Assembly: GCF_006345805.1 (NCBI RefSeq)
Contig: NC_043010.1
Location: 56,606,001 to 56,670,000 of the forward strand
Length of the DNA: 64,000 bases
Direction: 5' to 3'
From: Octopus sinensis
Lineage: Eukaryota
Shown: positions 52,146 through 64,000 of the stretch, piece by piece
How the letters are laid out: every line of letters starts with the position of its first letter
Position numbering within the stretch: position 1 is the stretch's first letter
Notes under the pieces: model-generated
The model's input: only the letters and a program-made list of their open reading frames with translations
Databases searched by the model: none
Told to the model about the DNA's origin: nothing
Translations under genes and position numbers: made by a program

Positions 52146-53277
52146 GGAGTTGAGATCGGTAGAAGCAGTAAGAATCTATTGATAAATAACTGATACACAT
52201 ATTCACTGCATATATACATACACACATACATATATATATATATATATTCTTATATTTGTTTCAGTCATTTGACTGCAGCCATGCTGGAGCACTGCCTTTA
52301 GTCAGACAAATGGACCCCAAGTAGTGGGTCATATAGTGGGTGGGGGACAAACACAGACACATAAACATATAAATATATATACATACATATATATATATTT
52401 ATTATCATCATCATCATCATCAACGTTTAATGTCTGCTTCCCATGCTGGCATGGGTTGGACAGTTTGACTGAGGGCTGGCAAGCCAGAAGGCTGCACCAG
52501 GCTCAGTCTGATCTGGCAAAGTTTCTACAGCTCAATGCCCTTCCTAACGTACATGACACCATTACTAGGGCCAGTCAGGCGGTATTGGCATTGACCATGC
52601 TCAAATGGTGCTTTTTATGTGACTCCGGCACAGGAGCCAGTCCGGTGGCACTGGCAATGATCATACGATGGACTTCTTTCAGTTTTCATCTACCAAATAC
52701 ACTCACAAGGCTTTGGTTGGCCTGAGGCTATAGTAGAAGACACTTGCCCAAGGTGCCAAGCAGTGGGACTGAACCCGGAACCATGTGGTTGGTAAACAGT
52801 CTACTTACCACATAGCCAATCCTGCACCTAAAAGCCACTCCTGATATATGTATATATATATCACATCGACTTTTTCCTCTGCTGTAAGGCTTAATTCCCA
52901 ACACACCAGCTGAATTCAATTCATCTCCAGTCGAAAGACGCCTGTTGTTATGTCCTGTTATTATTATTATTATTGTTTTTTGTATTATTTTTGTATTTAT
53001 ATTCATGTAACATTGTCCGTTTTTCCGTATACATTCGATCCTTTTTCCAAGGAATCTAATGCTCTTAGCTTAGTTTTTCCTGGGGGCTGGCCAGATTGGA
53101 GCAATCTCAAGATTAATCGCTGATATCGCGAGGATGATTCGGTTCTTGACTGAAGATTAAAGGCTTCGAATGATCCGTCCGTGTTTTTTGTATCGTCTAT
53201 CTGGATGTTTTGCATTCTTGTCCCATTTTGTATTTTTTAATATATACATATATATATATATAAATACATGCATTGTG

Positions 53278-53309
<32 letters not shown>

Positions 53310-53394
53310 GTGGTGCTTCAACTTGGCTGCAATCAAATGACAAACAAATTAAAAATATAACAGAATACATGTATTGTGTGTGTCTGTATATATA

Positions 53395-53449
<55 letters not shown>

Positions 53450-53499
53450 TTACATATACTTTTATTCTTTTATATGTTTCAGTCTTGAGGCTGCAGCCA

Positions 53500-54000
53500 T
53501 CCTGGGGCATTGCCAAAGTAATCACCTTTTAATTGGCCAATTCTCTGGGGTTGACGTTGGTGAAGGAGGGAATGTGATACTGCTGTTCTCTTTTGAGTTT
53601 CCTGCCCCTGATATTGGCTCATCTGGGATCTTGGATAGCAAGAGGTCAAGTTGTTTCCTGTAAACATCTACTCCCACTCCATGGAGAACCCTCAGCTGTT
53701 TCAGCAAGGAGTTAAATAGCTGTGGGCCCTTGAATCCCAAGCTATTGCAGTACATGGCCCTCACCCTAGATGAGATAACTGAGACTTTTGGAACAGTGCA
53801 GTGACGTCCATTCTGAGGTCTGGTATAACTCTCGATTCCAAAAGTTTGGTGCCAGCCCCTCCAGTATCTTGCATACAAATCTCTCTCTCTCTCTCTCTCG
53901 TATCATCATTTCTATTGTGCTGCTTTGCATAATCAGACATCTCCCACTCCCCGACCCCTAGCCCTTCTGCTGCATTCAGTCCTACCCACCCCTCCTCATA
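53500..54000 (-). mobile_element. CR1-group LINE 3' end
   Basis: GRHCTVPKVS...YCNSLGFKGPQLFNSLLKQLRVLHGVGVDVYRKQLDLLLSKIPDEP. Confidence 0.8.
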
Positions 54001-54799
54001 CTTTGATTCTCTCACCTGACACCTAATCCCCTTGCTGTTCCACTCAATCACTCCTATCCTCTCTTCTAAAATCTCAGTAGTCACATAGGTTCTCCACAGC
54101 AAGAAACAGGTTCTGCTTTGGCCCCTTATACTTTTACCCCTCATCCACTAGCATGAAGCTACCCTATCAGGGTTTGTAGTGTTGCAAACTGCAGGGCAAT
54201 CTCATTAGTACTAGGGGGCAATGGAAAAAAGCACCCAGTACATACTGTAAAGTAGCTGATGTTAGGAAAAACATCCAACCATATGGAAACCATGCCAAAG
54301 CAGACACTGGAACTGAATACAATTCTTGGACCCACTGGATCCTGTCAAACCATCCAACCTCCTACACTAGCATGAGACATGCATGTTAAAGGATGATGAA
54401 CAGGTTGATGTATATGTGTGGATATATATATCATCATCATCATGAACAGCAGTAACATCGACTTCATACTAACTTTCCCATGATTGCATAGGTTAGACAG
54501 AAATTCCTGAGATAGATTTGCCATGGCTGAATGACGTCCTTGTCCCTCATCAGTTTCCAAGCCAAGTAACATTTGCCATTGTTTGTTTCAGGCTGATGCT
54601 TGTTTACGACCGTCATTGATTTATTCCAGGAGAACTGTTTGTATTGGTGAGTCTTTAACGAAGGTCTGGCTCTAAGAACTCTAAAATAAACAATCGTTGC
54701 TGAGGAAGTTTGAAATAATGGACAAAATTCTAACCTGACTTCACATTCATGTAGCAAATCAAATGACCTCAGAATAGTTATTTGTCTTGGTGTCATTGA

Positions 54800-55005
54800 C
54801 CCCTTCGTTACTCTATTTATTTTGAGATGCTCTGTGTTTTTTTTCAATTAATTTTAAATATAAGAAAGAATTTAGTAAAATAACTTAGTTATCATTAAGC
54901 TGGTGTTAGGAACGTAAATTGTGACGAGGGTTTGGTGGAAGATTTTAATTCAAAACTTTGTACTCAGGGCCAGAGCTGGTTTCAGCCGGGTTGGTAACAA
55001 AAGGG
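54800..55005. mobile_element. piggyBac-type MITE, copy 3
   Basis: TTGA|CCCCTTCGTTAC...GTAACAAAAGGG|TTAA. Confidence 0.8.
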
Positions 55006-55315
55006 TTAAAACAATATAACAGAACATATTACAAAGGGACCAGTCTTTAATGAACTATTAAAGACTCTTGAGATGTCATCAAAGCTCTGTGCTGCATCAC
55101 AAGATTCCACCCAGGATATGTGACACAGTCCAGGGTATCTCTAAGGAAATATAACATTCCACCAAAATATATCTATAATAATGGCATTCAATAATTGTTT
55201 TGTTAATGGAAGGGAAATAACATAATTTTGCTCAGAAATTTCTGCTGACTGAACACATTAAAAATTGTGAAGTTTTTTTTTAAATGAGGAGAAAATGAGA
55301 AATAGGAATGTTTAT

Positions 55316-55908
55316 TTTCTTCTTCTTCTTCTTCTTCATCTTCTTCTTCTTCTTTCTTTTCTTCTTCTTCTTCTTCTTCTTCTTCATCTTCTTCTTCTTC
55401 TTCTTCTTCTTCTTCTTCTTCATTTCCTTCATCTTCTTCTTCTTCTTCTTCTTCTTCTTCTTCTTCTTCTCTTCTCATCTTCTTCTTCTTCTTCTTCTTC
55501 TTCTCATTGCCTTCTTCTTTTCTTCTTTCTCTTCTTCTTCTTCTCATTCCCTCTTCTTCTTTCTTTTTTTATTCCTTCTTCTTCTTCTTCTTCTTCTTCT
55601 TCATTTCCCTCTTCTTCTTCTTCTTCTTCATTTCCTTCTTCTTCATTTCCTTTTTCTTCTTCTTCATTTCCTTTTTCTTCTTCTTCTTCTTCATCTTTCT
55701 TCTCTTCTTCATCTCTTCTCTTCTTCTTCTTCTTCTTCATTTCCTTCTTCTTCTTCTTCTTCTTCTTCTTCTTCTTCTTCTTCTTCTTTTTTCATCTCTT
55801 TTTTTCATCTTCTCTTCTTTTATTTCCTCTTCTTCTTCTTCTTCTTCTTCTTCTCTTCTTCTTCTTCTTCTTCTTCTTCTTCTTCATTTCCCTCTTCTTC
55901 TTCTTCTT
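55316..55908. repeat. ~590-bp interrupted (TTC)n/(GAA)n tract
   Basis: Seen directly; source of the poly-F/L/S and poly-E/K ORFs. Confidence 0.97.
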
Positions 55909-56767
55909 GCTGTTGTTCAGTTCTAAATTTGAACTCACCAATCAGATCTGTAATCAAAGTCAATCAATTGATCTTTCTTCGAGGCACATCAGGTCTTTGT
56001 TGTTGTTGTGATGTTGCTTTGTCACCATCGTTGTGGTGGTCGCTTGTCGGTGTGTGTTGCATTGTAGAAGACTGTCATCATGTGTTCTCACTGGCTCGTA
56101 GAGATTCAATGAAGCAACTCATAAACTTTTAACATATTTATTGATGGACGTGATTTACTCTGCTGGCTCTCGACAAAAGAAAGATGCTGACAAAAGAAAG
56201 CCATAGACCGAGACGAAAGAACCACTCAGTGTCTTGTAGATGGCTAGCTGTCAATATGTCATCTGTGAACATCCACAGTGGTCTGGTCTTAGTGGCTTGT
56301 CCACTGTGAGTATCCAAGGTGTCCTGCACAAATGCCCGAGGCCGTCTGGCTGAGTTAGGGGCCACAAGGTTCTAATAGAGTGAAAATTAGAAGGATTTTA
56401 GATCATCTGAGAAGCTCTATCATGGCACAGTTTCATAGGGATTGGTTGATTTATGGATCAATCACTTGAAACGTGCCCCTAACTGAATACCTTGCAATTG
56501 GGGTTTGAATCTATACATTATCAAATATGTCCTTGATAGAGCCTGTTACTTGATGCAGATTTGGCTGCTATTTTCAGCAGGTTGAGGGATTGCATGGAGG
56601 CTCTCTCATCAGCTTGTATTATCTGAATATCTGTTTGAAGTTTCAAGTGTCATTATTTTCATGTCTTGCCATTCGTCCCACATCAATTAATGCATACACA
56701 TACACACACATATAAACATACACACACACACATAAACATACACACCACTATAGATAGATAGATAGAT

Positions 56768-56860
56768 GACACCTGATGAAGGCTGGAGGGTATATCAGCC
56801 AAAATGTTGTGTTAACAACAAACAAGATGAAGATAAATATCCGTCAAATGTAAATAATGT
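56768..56860 (+). ncRNA. 5'-truncated family A element beginning at the hammerhead motif (HHR 56768-56813)
   Basis: GACAC-CUGAUGA-A-GGCUG-gaggguauau-CAGCC-AAA-AU-GU-U-GUGUU, then the same 3' tail as the 22.5-23.0 kb copies. G12 is mutated to A. Confidence 0.65.
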
Positions 56861-58465
56861 AGATGGTTGATTGTATGTATGTATGTATGTGAGGAGCTTT
56901 CATATAATTTCTGTCAACAAAGCTTCACTCGCAAGGGCTTTGGTTGACCTGGGGCTACGCTGAAAGACATTTGTCCTAGGGACCATATAGTGAGATTAAG
57001 CCTGAAAAAATATACTTTGAAAGTGAATTTCTTGAGGTCAGAACCATTTCTGCTGCCAGAGTGTAATAAAATGTGTAATAATAGTAATTCTGTTGGTAGT
57101 TGTGTCTTGTGTAGCATAATCTTTCTAATCGAGAAAAGACCAGAGAATCTACCTGCAATCCAAAGCAGAGGAAAAATCAATATTTCTAGATATGGTTATC
57201 ATGTAAGATCATAAAGTTAATTTGGAAGAGAAGTGAATGCAGTGTGATATGAAGAGGATGGTTTCTTAGCAACCAAATGTTCATATGATTTCATCTACCC
57301 ATAGAACCAATAAATTTAGGTATTATCTACCCACAGCCAATAATTCTAACTAGAGACATTATCTACCCCTATTACCAACAAGTTTTTGGCTGGGTATTGT
57401 CTGCTCCTGTATTAAGTAATTCTAAGGGTATTTCAAGAAATGATGTCTTCTGGTCAGTTTAGTAAGGGGCTTAGTTTCTCCAATAAAACTTAAAAGGAGC
57501 TGAAAGCTGTGATTTAATTTTATATGAATTGGAGAAATTTTCAAGCTGAGCCCTAAATCCTAATTTATTGTATGCCATAGGGGCTGTCTGAAGCAAATAA
57601 CTGCAAAGGAAAAATGTTTGGTTGGTTTGTGGGGGAGGTTAGTTGTCTGTTCTGGAGGAAAAGCTTGTGTTCATTTAGAAACCCCTTCATGTAAAGGGTC
57701 AGAGATGATCATGAATGCAGTTTCTGGTTAAATCAAGGTGATTAATGATTGTCTTGAATTGCTGCAGGGGGAGACTTCCAGAAGGATGACATTCTGGGGT
57801 GGAAGAAGTGAGCACAATATGGGAGGAAGAGACAAGTGGGGGTGAGAGAATGCTAGAAAAAGTAGAGAGAAAGGAAACATCACATCAGGCGTGGGGTGGT
57901 GGGGGGGAGCTGTTGAGTGACGTGGTACCAATCAGTTGGAAATGGTGAATGCTGTACTTTGTTAATGGCCTTTCTTCAATTTGCTCACTTAATTGGTTGG
58001 CTTGAAAATGAAATTAATTTTTAGGTAATTAGAATGAGATTTGGTGAGTCTTCTTTCACCTGAGCAGATTCCAGGTTAGTTTGACCAATTCAAGTGAATA
58101 TAAAGTAAACAATGGTTGTATAACAAAGAAATAACATTATTGAAGTCTGTGGAATTGTCTCTTTGCCAGCAGGAAGAACAACTAAAGAGTGTCTCTAGAA
58201 ACTGCCTCCCATTCACTTGGTATGACTTCTTGGTCCAGTTTTTTCAAGCAGACATGAGTGTATGGTTAAGAAGTGTATGGTTTCACAGCCATACAGTTCT
58301 GGGTTCAATTACTCTGTAAAGAACCTTAAACAAGGGTCCATTACTGTAATCTCACATTGAACAATGCTTTGTGAGAGGAATTTGGTTGACTGAAATTGTG
58401 TTGTAAGTTCATCATGCATGGTTGTGAGGTGTGTCTCTCTCGCGCTATATAATATATATGATTAT

Positions 58466-58519
<54 letters not shown>

Positions 58520-58705
58520 ATATAGTGAAGGCATGTGGCCTAGGGATTCAGGAGTTGCACTCATAATCCCTTGATTGTGGGTTTCATTCCAGGGCCAAGC
58601 AACGTGTTGTGTTCTTGAGCAAAACACTTCATTTCAGGGTTGCTCCAGTCTGCTCAGCTTTAAATGGGTCACTTTATGGCGGACCAGCCTTCCAATCAGG
58701 GTGAA

Positions 58706-58805
58706 NNNNNNNNNNNNNNNNNNNNNNNNNNNNNNNNNNNNNNNNNNNNNNNNNNNNNNNNNNNNNNNNNNNNNNNNNNNNNNNNNNNNNNNNNNNNNNN
58801 NNNNN
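58706..58805. other. Assembly gap (100 N)
   Basis: Seen directly. A standard-length placeholder, so the true size is unknown. Confidence 0.99.
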
Positions 58806-59189
58806 ATTAACTTGAAGTTCCCAACCTTTGATATTCAGTCTCTGGTCTTAGAACTAACCCAATCCTTTATTTAACTTCCTCCCTCCTCCTCCCCAAATAA
58901 TTCGTTATAAATCAGCTTTGATTATAGGGAATCCAACCATTGGTTGGCTGGATTGAAGATGTTACCACTGGCAAGGGATTGTATGGGGAACTTGGGAAGA
59001 TCAAATAACACAACAGGGGTTTTCATCTGATGTCTTGTTAGGTTTTGTGGCTCATATTTACATCTTCCACCAAAAAATACACACATATAGGGTAAAGACC
59101 CACTTCTGTCACGACACAGACCATGGGATTGCACCTAGAAAGTTCCCCTCCAATACATGAGTCTGGGCAAGGCTGTTTATGGAAGACCA

Positions 59190-59430
59190 GCAGTTGCCCT
59201 TGCATACCGGCCTCCCCCCTCCATACCATCGATGATATCCAAAGGAAAGGCAAACACCGAGACAGCTTGGCACCAGGGACTTTGCAACTCATTTCCAGAG
59301 CTGAGTGAACTGGAGCAATGTGAAATAGAGTGTCTTGCTCAAGAGCACAACAGACAGCCGGGTCTGGGAATCAAACTCACAACCGCATGATTGTAAGCCT
59401 GACACCCTAACCACTGGGCCATGCGCCTTC
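59190..59430 (-). mobile_element. tRNA-derived SINE
   Basis: Minus head gaaggcgcatggcccagtggttagggtgtcaggc...gagtttgattcccagacc. Confidence 0.8.
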
Positions 59431-61204
59431 ACAACACACACACATCTACATACATAAAAGCATACATGCATTTATACATACATACCTCCCAACCATCTGG
59501 TTTCAGGTTCCGTTCTACATCATGGCACTTTGGATGAATGTCTTCTGCCTGCAATCCAAGTCAACCAAAGCTGTGTCACTAGATTCGGGAGAGGGAAACT
59601 GAAAGAAACCTGTCAGATATATGTATTGACTTCAGATGTTTATTGACTTCACCGGTTTCACTTATTATAAAAAAAGATTATCAAAAGTAAAATGTAAAGT
59701 TTTGTATAAGCTTTATTGTGTTAAAAAAGGGTTATCACGATTGTATTAAAATACAGTTATACAGTCTTAGAAAATGGTAAGGCAATGTAAAGAAGGGCTT
59801 TTTGTTTAAACAGTTTGCATGAAAGTGTTCAAAATAGGGAGTAAAATAAATTTATAACTATTTTAAGTTCATCAAAAACCATGGTTGTATAAGAAGCATA
59901 AAAATACAGAAGGAAATATATTTCAGTATTTATACAGAATTTGAAGGAAATGACTAACTTTTCCATTCATCATCTTCTGTCTTGGAGTGTGTGTATGAGA
60001 GATGTTTACAAACAGTATATATATGTGTAAATGCATATGTATGTATGTATGTATGTATGTAGGTATGTATCTATATATATATATATATATAACAAAATAA
60101 TAAATCAAACATATGTATATATACATACATATATGTACATACCTACATCTATATATATATATACATGCATATATGGGTACAGGACACCAAAAAAACGTCG
60201 AACGCAATGAGAAACGAAAACATAAAAACAAAACCATGGAAACGGACATTTTTTTAACAACAAAAAATCAGAGTACAAGACATACAACACAAGGAAAATT
60301 CCCCTTCTTCAGCCACCCCTGCTTCGTCTACTCCGTGTTTGGAAGGTAAGGGCGAGACACGACTTCTTTGAAACAATCCTTCCTGCAATGCAAATTAAAT
60401 AAAATCTGGGATGTATATATATATATATATATATTGTATGTAGTATATATATTGCATATGTATGTGGTGTGTGTATATATATATATATTATATAATATAT
60501 ATATATATATAGTATGTATATATATGTATATTATATCTATTGTATCTATATATATACATTATATATATATGTATAATGTATATATGTATGTATATGTATG
60601 TATATATATATATATATATATTATATGTATATATATAAGTATCTATATGTATGTATATGTTATATTATGTATATATATATATGTATTTGTATATATATAT
60701 GTATATGTATGTATTGTATGTATGATATATATATATCTATATTTATATATATAATATATATATAATATGCATATGTATGTTGTATGTGTATATATATGTA
60801 TTTGTATATAATATATCTGTATTGTCTTATATATATGCCTTGTATGTATGTATGTATATACGTAATATATATATATATGTATATAATATATATGCCTATG
60901 TATGTATGTGTATATATGTATGTGTAATATATATATGCATTGTATGTGTAGTATATCTATATATGGCATGTGTATTATATATATATGCATATGTATGTAT
61001 GTGTATATATATATATTATCTATATATATATCATATGTATGTGATTATGTATCTATAATATATATATATATCTATATATATGCGTGTGTATGTATGTGTG
61101 TATATATATATATATATGTATATATGTGCGTCTGTATGTCTATTATATATAATATAATATAATATATATCTAATATATATATATATGCATGTATATATGT
61201 ATAT

Positions 61205-61505
61205 TCACCGTGACCACCAGGATATCAGATTTGCTACACATCGCCGGTCACAATGCGCTTCACATTGTTTTAGCCTTCAAATGACACCACCCCACTGGCT
61301 AAGCGAGCACGCAAACAGAAGAAAGAGTGAGAGAAGTTGTGGCGAAAGAGTACAGCAGGGATCGCCACCACCCCCTGCTGGAACCTCGTGGAGCTATAGA
61401 TATTTTCGCTCAATAAACACTCGCAACACCCGGTCTGGGAATCGAAACCGCGATCCTACGACCGTGAGTCCGCCGCTACCCTAACCACTGGGCCTTGTGC
61501 CTCCC
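61205..61505 (-). mobile_element. Young tRNA-derived SINE (CpG-rich)
   Basis: Minus gggaggcacaaggcccagtggttagggtagcggcggactcacggtcgtaggatcgcggtttcgattccc (A and B boxes). Confidence 0.85.
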
Positions 61506-61593
61506 CACATATATTTATGTATGAATGTATATATATATATGTATGTATGTATGTGTATATATATATATATATGTATGTATGTATGTGTGTATC

Positions 61594-61624
<31 letters not shown>

Positions 61625-61640
61625 ATAATATATATATATA

Positions 61641-61671
<31 letters not shown>

Positions 61672-61681
61672 CTATATATCA

Positions 61682-62270
61682 TCATCATCATCACTCATCA
61701 TCATCGTTCAACTGGGGTCTGGGAAGCCAGAAGGCTGCACCAGGCTCCAGTCTGATCTGGCAGAGTTTCTACAGCTGGATGCCTTTCCTAACGCCAACCA
61801 CTCCGAGAGTGTGGTGGGTGCTTTTACGTGCCACTGGCACAAGACCCAGTCTGGCGGTACTGGCAACGGCCACGCTCAAATGGTGTTTTTTATGTGCCAC
61901 CTGCACAGGCGTCAGTGCAGCGGCACTGGCAATGACCTCACTCGAATGCTTTGTTCACATGCCACCGTCACAAGTGCCAGTTAGGCAATGCTGGTAACGA
62001 TCACGCTCAAATAGTGCTTTTTACGTGCCACCAGCACGGAAGCTAGACAGCTGTTCTGGCAATGACCCCGCTCGGTTGGAGCTGTTAACGCTCCACTGGT
62101 ACAGGTGCCAGTCATCGAATTGGGTTCAATTTCGATTTCACTTGCCCCAACAGGTATTCACAAGCAGAATTTTGTGTCCAAAGAAGAAAAGGTACGCGTA
62201 AGTGGGCTGGAACATCTCTGGTAAAGGCCACAGGTTATGGTCTCACTTGTCTTGCTGGGTCTTCTCATGC
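61682..62270 (-). mobile_element. RTE LINE 3' UTR, unamplified form
   Basis: Contains one copy of the segment aagacccagcaagacaagtgagaccataacctgtggcc...cctgttggggcaagtgaaatc that is amplified at 47281-50008. Confidence 0.8.
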
Positions 62271-62277
62271 ACATGTA

Positions 62278-62325
<48 letters not shown>

Positions 62326-62409
62326 ATAATATATATATATATATATTTATACATACATACATACAGATATACATAATATATATACATATATGTAGCTGTA
62401 TGCATAATA

Positions 62410-63155
62410 TATCGTCCACTGAATACCACAAAATATGATGTAAAATTTGAGGAAAGCCTCACACACATCAAAGAGATATTAACAAACCTAGATCAGAACA
62501 TCAATATATTCTTCTTCGGTGATGTCAACCACCCACGTGTCAAATGGCCAGAAGGCCACATCCTCTCTGGGATATCACTGCATGAACAAAAGCATGTAGT
62601 GTCATTATTTGAAATTACTAATAAGCTGTTGATGGAGCAAGTGATACTCAGGCCAACCAGGGGGAAGAACATATTGGACCTACACTTTGCAATTAATGTG
62701 GACCTTATCCATAATGTGAAGGTGACACCAACGACACTCTCAGATCACAACATTGTTGAACTAACTATGTATGGTCCTGCATGAACTGTTTGTATCTAGC
62801 CTATCAGGAGGACTCAAGCCTTATCCAACTTGAATTTCCGTAAGGCAAAATGGGAATCAATCCACAAAGAGATCCACAAACGAAACTGGTCCAACATTCT
62901 GTGTATGCAAGACATTGATCTGAAACTCAGCCAGTTTATGTCAACAGTGCAAGCTCTGTGCACTAAATATATCCCAGAAAGAAAGGCCATCAGACTGTCA
63001 AACAAGATTCCCAGGGACAGAAGAATCCTCATAAGATGCAGGTCAAAGATCTTTAAGCGGCTGAATAGGTAACAGAAGGATAGAGAGAAGTCTATCCTAA
63101 TACGGACGCTCCTAGAAATTGGAAATGAAATCAAACTCTCTCACGAAAAGGAAAG

Positions 63156-63190
<35 letters not shown>

Positions 63191-64000
63191 GAGCTGTGGA
63201 AAGCCTAAAAACAAATCCCAAAGCATTCTGCGAATTCACAAAGGAAACAGCCATAATACAATATAAAATAGGACCCTTGTTCCAAGGGAATGCCTCACTG
63301 ACAGCAGACCCAGGAAGGATAAGTGAACAATTTAAAAGTGTTTTCACTCCCCCCCCCCCTGGACATATGCAGATAAAAAATCCAGCTGAATTCTTTGGTA
63401 TTGCAGATCTAAAAATGAAGGTGCCAGCCATCAATTACATCAACATTGAGGAAGCAAATGTAACAGCAGCCATAGATGACACGAACTCATGCTCCGCCAC
63501 TGGTCCTGATGGCTTCCCAGCTATTCTCCTAAAGTCATGTAAGCAGGCTTTAGCGAAACCACTTCAGATACTTTTCCAAAGTTTCCTTGCAAATAGTATA
63601 CTTCCTATAAAGCTGAAAGAAGGCATTATATGCTCCATGCACAAAGGTGGAAGCAGAGCAGAAGCCAGAAACTACAGACCAATCCCTCTGACTTCGCATA
63701 TCAGTAAAGTCATGGAGTGAATCATCAGAAACAAGTTGATAATGTTCCTAGAAGAAAATGACCTACTGAACAATACTCAGCATGGCTTCGTCCAGGAAGA
63801 AGCTGCCTCACACAACTCCTACAGCACTATGACTGGGTTTTGAAACAGCTGCTTGACCATTCAGATGTCAGAGTGATATACCTTGACTTTGCAAAGGCAT
63901 TTGATAAGGTAGATCATGGCAGGATAAGTCAGAAGCTATGAGACCTTGGCATTGCTGATAAACTGGGAGAGTGGCTGTATAACTTCCTTAAAAACAGAAA
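62410..64000 (+). mobile_element. Degraded CR1-group LINE ORF2 (APE endonuclease + RT), runs off the window end
   Basis: GDVNHP, PTRGKNILDL, SDHNIV, GPDGFPAILLK, NYRPIPLTSHISKVME, QHGF, YLDFAKAFDKVDH; stops and frameshifts present. Confidence 0.92.

Noticed and set aside
55203-56132. Long ORFs of 114-274 aa (poly-F/L/S and poly-E/K)
   Set aside because: Translations of the (TTC)n tract.
56274-56308. CACAGTGG...CCACTGTG hairpin as a miRNA precursor
   Set aside because: Only 8 contiguous base pairs, and no exact match to a miRNA I recognise.
60368-61162. Tyr/Ile/Val/Cys-rich ORFs
   Set aside because: Translations of (TA)/(TG) microsatellite mosaics.

Overview
Eukaryotic, repeat-dense genomic DNA, probably from a coleoid cephalopod (Octopus-like). 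That assignment is inferred from my recognition of the tRNA-derived SINE families, RTE LINEs with (GAT)n tails and extreme microsatellite density. The only gene I can firmly support is the 3' half of TBP (TATA-binding protein) on the + strand: four coding exons at 345-408, 3391-3494, 5210-5304 and 6832-6908, with a probable 3' UTR to about 8.2 kb. The remaining ~55 kb is mostly transposon debris: RTE, CR1-group, R4/Dong-like and CRE-like LINEs, mariners (one full-length dead copy), piggyBac-type and Tc1/mariner MITEs, and SINEs. It also holds microsatellites, a ~1-kb tandem duplication and a 100-N assembly gap. The most notable observations are: (1) two families of minimal hammerhead-ribozyme (HHR) motifs, one fused behind a tRNA-like Pol III head in a head-to-head pair; (2) a 571-bp palindrome made of two mariner 3' ends; (3) a hierarchical tandem array grown inside an RTE 3' UTR. 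Almost all ORFs in the supplied track come from simple repeats or decayed transposons. Repeat boundaries are approximate unless TIRs or TSDs are given, and all clade calls are from motif recognition, not database searches.
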